Positions 14,595-23,588 of a stretch of 64,000 nucleotides of DNA are shown here, piece by piece (within the stretch, counting starts at the first letter, position 1; each line of letters starts with the position of its first letter). The DNA comes from an uncultured Gemmatimonadaceae bacterium (GTDB lineage Bacteria; Gemmatimonadota; Gemmatimonadetes; Gemmatimonadales; Gemmatimonadaceae). The position numbers were made by a program, and so were the translations under genes. The DNA lies in the NCBI GenBank assembly GCA_963716745.1, contig OY970320.1, forward strand, positions 2,720,001 to 2,784,000, in the 5' to 3' direction. Below the pieces are notes generated by a model. It had not been told where the DNA came from, ran no database searches, and worked only from the letters and a program-made list of their open reading frames with translations.

Positions 14595-15751
14595 GCGCGC
14601 TCCGGCGAGAGCACGCCGTCGGTGACGCGCCAGCGTTCCAGGCGCGTGAGGCCCGGCGGAATGTCGGTGGCGCGCGGCACGGCGAGCAGCGTCTGTCCGC
14701 GCCCCTCGGCGCCGAGCAGCTCGAGGATGCGTGACGCGCGATGCGCATCGAGCTCGGCGAAGGGATCGTCGAGCAGCACGAGCGGTTCGCTCGCGTCGGC
14801 GTCGCGCAGCGTCGCGCTCTCGAGCAGACGCAACACGATGGCGGCGGTGCGGTGCTGGCCCGCGGAGCCGAAGGAGCGCAGGTCGCGGCCGCCGAGATCG
14901 AGCGCGAGGTCGTCGCGATGCGGGCCCACGGTGGTGATCCCGCGCCGCAGATCCAGGGCGCGCGAGCGCGCGAGCGCCGCGGCGATCGCATGCGCATCGC
15001 CCGCGCCGGCCTCGAGCGGCGATGCATAGCGCATCGCGGCCGCGCCGCGCTCGCCGATAGCGGCGCACAGTTCGCCGTAGCGCGCGGCGTGCGCTTCCAC
15101 CCAGGCGCGCCGCGCCGCGCCGAGGATGGCGCCATGTTCGGCGAGCGCCGGCTCCCACGCAGCGGCGCGAGCGTCCGCGTGCGCCGTCGCACTGCGCGGG
15201 GCGCGCAACGCGGCGTTGCGCTGCGCCAGCGCCGCGCGGTAGGTCGTGAGCGCCGCGAGATACGGCGGCGACGTGAGCGCGAGCGTCACGTCGAGATAGC
15301 GGCGCCGCAGCGCCGGTGCGCCGGCCACGATCTCGCCGTCGGCGGGGGAGAACATCACGGCGGGGAAGGCGCCGAGCGCACCGGCGAGCTTCGGCGCGTC
15401 GCTGCCGTCGATCGCCACGCGCTTGCGCCGCGTCGGCGCATCGAAACCCACCTCCACCGAGCGGGCGCGCGCACCGTGAAGCTCGGCGTCGAGATGGAAT
15501 CCCGGGCCGCCGAACATCGCGAGCTCGCTGTCGCGCGCGCCGCGCACGGAGCGAAGCAGGCGCAGATAATACACGGCCTCGAGGAGATTCGTCTTCCCGT
15601 GTCCGTTGTCGCCGATCACGACGAGCCCGTCGGGCGGCGGTGCGATCGTCACGCGCGCCAGGTTCCGGAAATCGCGGATCGCGAGGCGATGCAGCCACGC
15701 GGTGTTCGCGGCGTCCGCGCGATGCGGCGCCGCGGAGGCGGTGCGGGTCAC
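14591..15751 (-). CDS. recF: DNA replication/repair protein RecF
   Basis: DFRNL, GDNGHGKTNLLEA, GPHRDDL, GSAGQ, LLDDPFAELD. Confidence 0.95.
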   Translation of the reverse strand: MTRTASAAPHRADAANTAWLHRLAIRDFRNLARVTIAPPPDGLVVIGDNGHGKTNLLEAVYYLRLLRSVRGARDSELAMFGGPGFHLDAELHGARARSVEVGFDAPTRRKRVAIDGSDAPKLAGALGAFPAVMFSPADGEIVAGAPALRRRYLDVTLALTSPPYLAALTTYRAALAQRNAALRAPRSATAHADARAAAWEPALAEHGAILGAARRAWVEAHAARYGELCAAIGERGAAAMRYASPLEAGAGDAHAIAAALARSRALDLRRGITTVGPHRDDLALDLGGRDLRSFGSAGQHRTAAIVLRLLESATLRDADASEPLVLLDDPFAELDAHRASRILELLGAEGRGQTLLAVPRATDIPPGLTRLERWRVTDGVLSPERA

Positions 15752-16530
15752 TTGCCGGTGAAGCGGGCCGGCCGCTTCTCGAGGAACGCCTGCATCCCCT
15801 CGCGCATGTCGTGCGTGGACGCGAGCAGTCCGAAGTGATTCGCCTCGATCATCAGGCCATCGTCGAGCGTGCCATCGAGCCCGCGGTTCACGGCTTCGAT
15901 GCAGAGTGCCACCGCCAGCGGTCCCTGGGCGAGGATCTGGCGCAGCATCGCTTCGGCCGCCGCGAGCAGTTCGTTGGGCGCGGTCACCTTGTTCACGAGG
16001 CCGATGCGATAGGCCTCCGCGGCATCGATCATTTCGCCCGTGAGGATCAGCTGCAGCGCGCGCCCTTTGCCTACGATGCGCGGCAGGCGCTGCGTGCCGC
16101 CATAGCCTGGACCGATCCCGAGCTTCACTTCGGGCAGCGCGAACTTCGCACTCTCGGAGGCGATGCGAATGTGGCACGCGAGCGCGAGTTCGCATCCGCC
16201 GCCGAGCGCGAATCCGTTCACCGCCGCGATCACCGGCTTGGGCGAGCGCTCGATACGCGACAGCACCGCCTGGCCCGCGAGCGCGCGCGCGCGGCCATCG
16301 AACGGTCCCTGCGTCGCCAGCTCCGCGATGTCCGCGCCCGCGACGAACGCGCGCGAGCCCGAGCCCGTGACGATCGCGCCGCCGATGTCATCGCGCGCGA
16401 GCACCTCCCCGATGGCGCGATCGAGTTCCGCGATCGTCGCGTCGTTCAGCGCATTGAGCTTGTCGGGGCGGTTGACCGTCACCGTCGCGACGCGGTCGCG
16501 GACGTCGAAGGTGAGTGCGGTGTAGGACAT
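15748..16530 (-). CDS. Enoyl-CoA hydratase/crotonase
   Basis: NRPDKLNAL, AFVAGADI, GFALGGGCELALACH, PEVKLG, GGTQRL. Confidence 0.93.
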   Translation of the reverse strand: MSYTALTFDVRDRVATVTVNRPDKLNALNDATIAELDRAIGEVLARDDIGGAIVTGSGSRAFVAGADIAELATQGPFDGRARALAGQAVLSRIERSPKPVIAAVNGFALGGGCELALACHIRIASESAKFALPEVKLGIGPGYGGTQRLPRIVGKGRALQLILTGEMIDAAEAYRIGLVNKVTAPNELLAAAEAMLRQILAQGPLAVALCIEAVNRGLDGTLDDGLMIEANHFGLLASTHDMREGMQAFLEKRPARFTGK

Positions 16531-16630
16531 GATCGGCGCTCTGGCCAAGGGGGAACGCGTGCGGGCCGGAGAAGAATCTAACCGCCGCCGCGCGCTCCCG
16601 CCGCACGCCGCGGCGCGATACGTTATGCCC

Positions 16631-18124
16631 ATGCCGCCCATCGGACAGGTGCTCGCGATCGACGAAGGCACCACCGGCTGCACCGCGCTCATGGTGGCCG
16701 CCGACGGGCGCGTCACCGGACGCGGATACCGCGAGATCGCGCAATTCTATCCGCAGCCCGGTTGGGTGGAGCACGATCCGGTCGACATCCTCGATCGCAC
16801 GCTCGAGGCGGCGCGCGATGCGGTCGCGCAGTCGGGCGCGGCGCCCGTTGCGATCGGCATCACGAACCAGCGCGAGACGGTTGTGCTCTGGGAGCGCGCG
16901 ACCGGCAAGCCGGTGGCACGCGCGATCGTGTGGCAGGACCGCCGCACCGCCGCGCGCTGCATCGAACTCGCGCCGCGCGCCGCCGAGATCGCGCAGCGCA
17001 CCGGTCTCGTGCTCGATCCGTACTTCTCAGCCACGAAGCTCGAATGGCTCCTCGCGCGCGATGGCCTGGCCGCACGCGCCGCGCGCGGCGAACTCGCGTT
17101 CGGCACGATCGACTCGTGGCTCATCTGGCAACTCACCGGCGGCCGCGTTCACGCCACTGATTTCACCAACGCGTCGCGCACGATGCTGTTCGACATCGAG
17201 CGCCGAGCCTGGAGCCCGGAGCTCGGCAAACTCTTCGGCGTGCCGTCGTCGCTCCTGCCGGAGGTGCGCGCGTCTGCCGGCGACTTCGGCGCCGCGAACG
17301 GCGCACTCTTCGGCGTGACCGGTACGATCCCCATTCGCGGCGTCGCGGGCGACCAACAGGCCGCGCTCTTCGGACAGGGATGCTGGCGCGCCGGAGAGGG
17401 GAAGAACACGTACGGCACCGGTGCATTCCTTTTGATGAACGCGGGGACGCGGCGCCCCGAGGGCGGAGCCGGTCTCCTCACGACGCTCGCGTGCGATGCG
17501 GCGGGCCACCCGGTGTTCGCGCTCGAAGCATCCATATTCATCGCCGGCGCCGCGGTGCAATGGCTGCGCGATGGACTCGGCCTCGTATCCAACGCGCGGG
17601 AGACGGAGGCGCTCGCGCGATCGCTCGCGTCGAACGACGGCGTGTACTTCGTGCCCGCGCTCTCGGGTCTCGGCGCGCCGCACTGGGAATCGGCGGCGCG
17701 CGGCACGATCGTGGGGCTCACGCGCGGCACCACGCGCGCGCACTTCGCGCGGGCCGCCCTCGAGGCGATGGCCTTCGGCACATCGGAAGTGCTCACCGTG
17801 ATGCGCGAGCGCAGCGGCGCGGCGTTCGATGTCTTGCGCGTGGATGGCGGCGCGAGCGCGAACGGATGGTTGATGCAATTCCAGGCCGACGTGCTCGGCG
17901 TGCCGGTGGAGCGCGCGCACATCGTGGAGTCCACGGCGTTGGGCGCCGCCGGGCTCGCCGGCGTCGCGGCCGGTGTGTGGCCCGATGCGGCGGCATTCCT
18001 CGCGACGCGGCGGTTCGATCGATTCGTGCCGGGGGAGGGCGCGGCGGCCGCTCAGGCTTCGGTGGCAGGGTGGGGCCGGGCGGTGCGCGCGGCACTGTCC
18101 TGGGCGCGGGACGGCGCTCCGTGA
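16631..18124 (+). CDS. glpK: Glycerol kinase
   Basis: AIDEGTT, GWVEHDP, ITNQRET, VWQDRRT, GDQQAAL, KNTYGTG, VDGGA. Confidence 0.95.
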   Translation: MPPIGQVLAIDEGTTGCTALMVAADGRVTGRGYREIAQFYPQPGWVEHDPVDILDRTLEAARDAVAQSGAAPVAIGITNQRETVVLWERATGKPVARAIVWQDRRTAARCIELAPRAAEIAQRTGLVLDPYFSATKLEWLLARDGLAARAARGELAFGTIDSWLIWQLTGGRVHATDFTNASRTMLFDIERRAWSPELGKLFGVPSSLLPEVRASAGDFGAANGALFGVTGTIPIRGVAGDQQAALFGQGCWRAGEGKNTYGTGAFLLMNAGTRRPEGGAGLLTTLACDAAGHPVFALEASIFIAGAAVQWLRDGLGLVSNARETEALARSLASNDGVYFVPALSGLGAPHWESAARGTIVGLTRGTTRAHFARAALEAMAFGTSEVLTVMRERSGAAFDVLRVDGGASANGWLMQFQADVLGVPVERAHIVESTALGAAGLAGVAAGVWPDAAAFLATRRFDRFVPGEGAAAAQASVAGWGRAVRAALSWARDGAP

Positions 18125-18233
18125 CGCCGCCCGCCGCGTTCTCGTCGTTCAGCGGTGCCTCTTGCCGCCTTTCCTTCGGGCATGGCGCCGGCCGGCGAGG
18201 TTGCTGGCCACTCGAACCGGGACCGCACTACGC

Positions 18234-18479
18234 ATGGCTGAATCCACGAGGAAAGCTCCTGCGTCGAAGGAACCGACCACCGACCGGCGCATCGCCGCGG
18301 ACCGCCGTTCCAATGAAGTGTTGCGCACGCTCGTGGGCGAAATGCTCGAGCGCGTTCGCGATCTCAGCCGCCGCACCGCGGCGTGGAGCCCCGAAGAGCG
18401 GGCGCAGGCGGAGGCCGAGCTCGAGGCTATTATGGCCAGCGTGCGCCGTGAGGCCACGAGCGAGCGCGATCACTCGTAG
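18234..18479 (+). CDS. Small helical hypothetical protein
   Basis: MAESTRK...DRRSNEVLRTLVGEMLERVRDL...; fills the gap and looks coding. Confidence 0.65.
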   Translation: MAESTRKAPASKEPTTDRRIAADRRSNEVLRTLVGEMLERVRDLSRRTAAWSPEERAQAEAELEAIMASVRREATSERDHS

Positions 18480-18506
18480 TCATTCGACCGTGCAGGACGG
18501 GCGCCA

Positions 18507-19706
18507 ATGACGGCGGCCGGAGAACTCGCGCTGTGGGCCGCGCTCCTGATCGCGGCGTGGGGCTCGGTCGCTGGATCCGCACTGCTCGCCGCGCCAGGCC
18601 GCGCGGGAGGGTCCGGATTCGCTGAGAGTTCGCGGCGCGCGCTGTGGGCCGCCGCACTCCTGCTCGCTGTCGCCGTCGCCGGCGTCGTTGCCATGCTCCT
18701 GGCGCCGGACCCCGCGTTCGCGTTCGCCGCCTCCTCCGTCACCACGCGCATGCCCGCGCTCTATCGGCTGGCCGCCATCGTGACCCGCGTGCGCGGTGAG
18801 TTGCTCGTGCTGGCGGCGCTCAGCGCGCTGCTCGGCGCGTTCGCGATGCGGGGCGCGCGCAACACGGTGCTGTGCGCCGTGGTGCTGGCGCTCGCCGCGT
18901 TGCCGCTCATCGTCGGCGCGAATCCCTATGCGCGCGCCGCCGGCGCAGGCGCGATGATCGTGCCGTCGTGGGAGCTGCCCTATACGCCATTCGCGCGCGT
19001 TGCCCTTCTCCTGGTCCTCGCGATCGCGATCGTCGCCGCTTCTCTCAGCGCGAACGGACGCGCCGCGCGCCGTTGGTGGATCGCGGCGTGGGGAACCGGT
19101 GCGCTCGCGCTCGTGATCTCAGTGCGGGCGGCGCTCACTGGAAAAGCATGGGACTGGTCCGACTGGATCGTGTGCGTCCTGTGGCTCGCGCTTGGCGTAT
19201 GGCTATTCCGTCGTCGCGCCGCGTCCCGGCTCGCCACGCGCCTCGCGCTCGCCGGCGCGCTCGTGGCGGTCGCCGCGCTCGCGGGATGGTTCCTTCGCGC
19301 CGAACATCGCATCGTGCTCGAAACGGCGGAGAGCGCGGAGTTGAACGATCCGTTCGGCTCGGAATGGCGCTTCACGAGTGAAGGGCTTTCCGTGTTCGAT
19401 GAACTCGATCGCCAAGCGGCCGTCGTGCTCGTAAGTGTGCGGCACGGCGCGCGCGTGCAGAAAGGGCGCGTGGAGTTGCGCCAATTCATCAATGAGGACG
19501 GCGCGCCCGTGGGTCGTGAGGTGCCGGTCGCCGCCTTCTTCCCGCGCTTCATCGTATCGTCCGTCGTGGCGTTCGCCGCGCCGCCCGACAATGGCAGCGT
19601 CACCCTCTTCGTGCGCTTCGTGCCGTTGTTCACATGGTGGTGGGCCGCAGCCGCATTGTTTGCTGCGAGCGCCGGAGTGCTCTTGAGGACAGAGCCCGCC
19701 GCATGA
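18507..19706 (+). CDS. Degenerate CcmF/NrfE-like membrane protein
   Basis: N-terminus (GELALWAALL...FAFAASS...P..YRLAA) and C-terminal soluble domain (DPFGSEWRFTSEGLS...RQF...FVPLFTWWW) resemble CcmF; no WGGxWxWD motif. Confidence 0.55.
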   Translation: MTAAGELALWAALLIAAWGSVAGSALLAAPGRAGGSGFAESSRRALWAAALLLAVAVAGVVAMLLAPDPAFAFAASSVTTRMPALYRLAAIVTRVRGELLVLAALSALLGAFAMRGARNTVLCAVVLALAALPLIVGANPYARAAGAGAMIVPSWELPYTPFARVALLLVLAIAIVAASLSANGRAARRWWIAAWGTGALALVISVRAALTGKAWDWSDWIVCVLWLALGVWLFRRRAASRLATRLALAGALVAVAALAGWFLRAEHRIVLETAESAELNDPFGSEWRFTSEGLSVFDELDRQAAVVLVSVRHGARVQKGRVELRQFINEDGAPVGREVPVAAFFPRFIVSSVVAFAAPPDNGSVTLFVRFVPLFTWWWAAAALFAASAGVLLRTEPAA

Positions 19707-19876
19707 TCGCGATCATCGCGGGATTCGTGATATCGCTCGGCGCCACACTATGGGTGCTGCAGCCCGTCATCGCGCACGCGCCGCGCGCCACATCGCGCAT
19801 TTGCCCGACCTGCGGTCCGCGCCCCGAGTCCGACGCGCGCTACTGCTCGAATTGTGGAGCGGCGCTTCCGGGCTAG
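19703..19876 (+). CDS. Membrane-anchored zinc-ribbon protein
   Basis: TM helix then CPTCG...YCSNCG. Confidence 0.75.
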   Translation: MIAIIAGFVISLGATLWVLQPVIAHAPRATSRICPTCGPRPESDARYCSNCGAALPG

Positions 19877-21693
19877 AGCTCGGTCGTCTCCAGCCGACGC
19901 AGCGCGACAGTGAGCGGCACGAACGTCGCGACGAGGCAGAGCAGCGCGGCCAGCCCGAACCCCCAGTACATCGAGACCGTGTCGAGCGGCTGGATGAGCG
20001 CCTTCGCGCGCAGATACCCCAGCACCGGCCGCGCCTCGAGCACCACGACGCTCGTCACCAGCAGCAGCGACAGGATCATGAACACGAGTCCGCCGAACGA
20101 CGTCGGGATCTGCGCGGCGTTCTCGGTCTCGTACTGCGGGAACACCGTGCCGAGCCCGAGCGCCAGGCCGGCCACCGCGAACGTGAGGAACGTGATCGAG
20201 AAGATCGACACGACGAAAATGAATTCTGTGACCTGCAGCAGCGCGTCGGTCACGCCCACGATCGCGAGTGCGATGATCAGCAGCGGCAGCGTGCCGGTCC
20301 AGAACTTCGCCCAGAGCAGTTGGCGCATCTGCAACGGGCTCGACTTGAGCAACCAGAGCGTGCGCCCCTCCATGCTCACCGCGGGGAAGATGAAGCGCGC
20401 GGCGATCGATGCGAGCACGAAGCCCGCGAGCCCGAGATTGCCCCATGGGATCACGTTCACGATGAGCAGCGTCATCCCATTCCCCGAGAGCGGCAGCAAC
20501 TTCACGTTGATCACGTACACCACCACCAGCACGGCGATCAGGATCAACTGCGACCACTGCGTGGGATCGCGGAAGAAGACGCGGACCTCTTTCAGCACGA
20601 GCTCCCGGCGGAGCGGACCGAACGGGTTCAGCACGCCCTGCATCGCCGTGCGGAGCCGCGTGCCGCGCACCCAGCGCTGCGCGCTCTCCTGCGCCTTGGA
20701 GAATCCCTCCGGGTACATGCGCCAGTGCACCAGCGCGCCGAGCACGAGCGCCGCGCCGGCCGTGGTCCAGAGCAGGTAGAAGGGCAGGGGATCGAAGCCT
20801 CCGTCGAGCCACGTCATCACGCCGCGCGCGCCCCATTCGCTCGGCAGATACGGCGACGAAGGCGTGCGCAGCAGCGCGATGAAGTCCACCAGGGAGCGCA
20901 CGCCCTCAGGCCGCGCGAGCAGCTCGGGACGCATCAGCCGGAAGAGCAGCACGACGCCGGCCGCCGACAGCACTGCCACCACGCTCAGGATGTCGCGCGT
21001 GCGGCGTGCCGGGAACGCGTTCACGAGCACGTTCGTGGTCGCCGCGCCGATCACCGCGGGGATGATCATGAACGGGATCCACACGGCGAACGCGATGAAC
21101 ACGAAGCTCCATCCGGCGCGGTACACGTAGCCGTACGCGCCGAAGATCGGGATGGCCATGCCGCTCACCATCCAGCTCGAATGGCCCATGCTCTCGGTGA
21201 GCTTCGCCGCGTATAGCGTGAGCCAGTCCACGGGCGCGGAGACGAGCAGGTCGAGGTCGCGCGCCAGGAAGAACGTCGAGAGCGACGTGATCACGTTGGA
21301 CAGCACGAGGATCATGAAGAAGCTGACGAAGGCGAGGCTCAGCAGCTTACCCGCGATGAGCGAACCGATCTCCGGCGTCTGTTTGAGCGCGAACAGCACC
21401 TTCACGCCCAGGAGCAGCACGAAGATCCAGAAGAGCAGTCCGATCGCGCCCACGATCGTCCAGCGCCATCCATGCGCCGCTTCGCCGCGGAGCATGCGCG
21501 CGCGCACGGTCTGCAGTTTGGGGCGCATGACCTGCACGAAGCTGGGGTGCGGGACCGCCGCGTCCGCCGCGTCATCGAGGAGCAGCGGATCGCCGAGCGC
21601 CTTCTGCACGGCGAGCCGCGTCGTTGAACGGCGGGGCATCGTGATCTCCCGCTCGCTCGCACTCTCGCGCGGGCGGAAGGTCTCGTCAGGCAT
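19873..21693 (-). CDS. ABC exporter permease (multi-TM; start uncertain)
   Basis: Many TM helices, DLDLLVSAPV, SMEGRTLWLLKSSP; adjacent to an ABC ATPase. Confidence 0.85.
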   Translation of the reverse strand: MPDETFRPRESASEREITMPRRSTTRLAVQKALGDPLLLDDAADAAVPHPSFVQVMRPKLQTVRARMLRGEAAHGWRWTIVGAIGLLFWIFVLLLGVKVLFALKQTPEIGSLIAGKLLSLAFVSFFMILVLSNVITSLSTFFLARDLDLLVSAPVDWLTLYAAKLTESMGHSSWMVSGMAIPIFGAYGYVYRAGWSFVFIAFAVWIPFMIIPAVIGAATTNVLVNAFPARRTRDILSVVAVLSAAGVVLLFRLMRPELLARPEGVRSLVDFIALLRTPSSPYLPSEWGARGVMTWLDGGFDPLPFYLLWTTAGAALVLGALVHWRMYPEGFSKAQESAQRWVRGTRLRTAMQGVLNPFGPLRRELVLKEVRVFFRDPTQWSQLILIAVLVVVYVINVKLLPLSGNGMTLLIVNVIPWGNLGLAGFVLASIAARFIFPAVSMEGRTLWLLKSSPLQMRQLLWAKFWTGTLPLLIIALAIVGVTDALLQVTEFIFVVSIFSITFLTFAVAGLALGLGTVFPQYETENAAQIPTSFGGLVFMILSLLLVTSVVVLEARPVLGYLRAKALIQPLDTVSMYWGFGLAALLCLVATFVPLTVALRRLETTEL

Positions 21694-22453
21694 CCAGCAC
21701 CTCGACCGTCTCGCGCGCCGCGTTCTCGCCAGTGAGCCGCAGGAAGAGCTCCTCCAGTCCGCGCGCGCCCGCCTCCACGCTCGCGTACAGCTCACCCATC
21801 GTGCCGGCCGCGCGAATGCGTCCGCCGTGGATGATCGCGATGCGATCGCACACGCTCTCGGCCACCTCCATCGTGTGCGTCGACATCATGATCGTATTGC
21901 CCCGCCCCACGTACTCGCGGAACAGGTCCTTCAGGATGCGCGCGGCCTTCGGGTCGAGCCCGACCATCGGCTCGTCCACCACGATCACCTGCGGCCGGTG
22001 CAGGAACGCGCTCGAGATGATCAGCTTCTGCCGCATCCCGTGGCTGTAGCTCTCCACCAGCTCATCGCGCCACTCGAGCAGATCGAACAGCGCGAGCAGT
22101 TCGTGTGCGCGGCGCTCCACCACCTCGCCCGCCTGTCCATACAATCCCGCCACGAATCGCAGGAACTCGGCGCCCGTCAATTTCTCGTAGATGAACGGCC
22201 GGTCGGGGATGTAGCCCATCATCGCCTTCGCTTCCGCCGGCTGCGTCACGACATCGATGCCGTTGATCTTCACCGCGCCCGCGGTGGGCCGCAGGATCCC
22301 CGCGATCATGCGCAGCGTGGTGGTCTTCCCGGCGCCATTGGGCCCCAGGAAGCCGACGATCTGGCCGCGCGGCACATCGAGATCGATGTTGTCCACCGCG
22401 GTGAAGGAGCCATACTTCTTCGTGAGTCCCTTGATCTGGATCATCGATTCCAT
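21686..22453 (-). CDS. ABC transporter ATP-binding protein
   Basis: GPNGAGKTT, YSHGMRQK, IVVDEP, STH. Confidence 0.95.
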   Translation of the reverse strand: MESMIQIKGLTKKYGSFTAVDNIDLDVPRGQIVGFLGPNGAGKTTTLRMIAGILRPTAGAVKINGIDVVTQPAEAKAMMGYIPDRPFIYEKLTGAEFLRFVAGLYGQAGEVVERRAHELLALFDLLEWRDELVESYSHGMRQKLIISSAFLHRPQVIVVDEPMVGLDPKAARILKDLFREYVGRGNTIMMSTHTMEVAESVCDRIAIIHGGRIRAAGTMGELYASVEAGARGLEELFLRLTGENAARETVEVLDA

Positions 22454-22478
22454 CGGGGGTCCCGGCAGAGTGACGAGG

Positions 22479-23375
22479 TCAGTCGCGGCGCGCCGCGGTG
22501 CCGGCTTTCGGCGGCGGCGCTCCGGGAGCCGGCAGGATCACCGGCGGATTCTCTTTGTTGTTCAGGCTCCAGTTCTGGAAGGCCATCTCGTACGCCGAGC
22601 GACGCAGCGTGAACTGCCCCATCGGCGACGCTTGCACCATGCGCCCTTTCTCATCCACCCAGCCATTCACCATCCCGCCCTCGGCCTGCTCCAGCCGCCA
22701 GGCGCGCACCGTGTCCTGGTGCACGGGGAGCCAGCGCAGCGTCACGGCGTCCAGCGACGCGCTGTCGGTGACGACGAACAGCGACTCCGCTTTCACCGTG
22801 ACCGTCGCCTCTCCGATCGTGCCGCTCATCGGATCGTACACGGTGTAGGTGAACCGTTTGCCCACGTGCGGCCGCTGCTCGAGCACGAGCGCGAGCGGCA
22901 CCGTGGTCGGCAGCATCAGCGGCCCGCGCAATGGCACCGTCGTCGAGTCGGGGCGCGCCGTCCCGGCGGTCACCACCAGCAGCACCGCGCTGTCATGCTC
23001 CACGCGGCCGAATACCGCGTACGGCGTGTAGCTCCCGCCGAGTTCGAAATTGAAGTTCACGAGCTTCATCGCGCGCGAGAGATTCACCACCGAGCGCGCC
23101 GTGAGGCGCCGCACTCCCTGGGGCGCGGGAAGGTCCGCGATGAGCAATTCGTTCAAATGGATGCCGGTGGCCGACGTGTCGAGCGTCGATGACGCATAGC
23201 CGACCCGCAGGCTGTCCAGCGTCAACGCGTAGTACTCGGCGCCCGGCGCCAGCAACAGCGCGGCCTGCGCGAGGCGCTCGGTATCGCCGCGATAGAGCTC
23301 GCGCTTCGCAAGCAGGATCATTCCCGACGCCCACGCCGCGATCACGCCGGCGGCCACAGCCGCGCGAGCGTTCAC
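22479..23375 (-). CDS. Membrane-anchored hypothetical protein, co-oriented with the ABC genes
   Basis: N-terminal TM helix then a beta-rich domain; GTG at 23375. Confidence 0.7.
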   Translation of the reverse strand: MNARAAVAAGVIAAWASGMILLAKRELYRGDTERLAQAALLLAPGAEYYALTLDSLRVGYASSTLDTSATGIHLNELLIADLPAPQGVRRLTARSVVNLSRAMKLVNFNFELGGSYTPYAVFGRVEHDSAVLLVVTAGTARPDSTTVPLRGPLMLPTTVPLALVLEQRPHVGKRFTYTVYDPMSGTIGEATVTVKAESLFVVTDSASLDAVTLRWLPVHQDTVRAWRLEQAEGGMVNGWVDEKGRMVQASPMGQFTLRRSAYEMAFQNWSLNNKENPPVILPAPGAPPPKAGTAARRD

Positions 23376-23588
23376 GGCGCGAACTCCGCGTTCGCGACCG
23401 TGGTCGGCACGACCAGGGTTTCGGTGTGGGGCATTCGTCTCGGGCAGGGTGTTGAGGAGCGGGAGTCGCCAATCTACGCTTCCACGGGGCGCCGCGGGCA
23501 ATCTATAGACGAGCCACTCCCCCCCAGGCAAGCCGGCGAAGGCGGGGCGGCTTGTCTTGGCCCCGCCTCCCGGCCACCTTTACAGATT

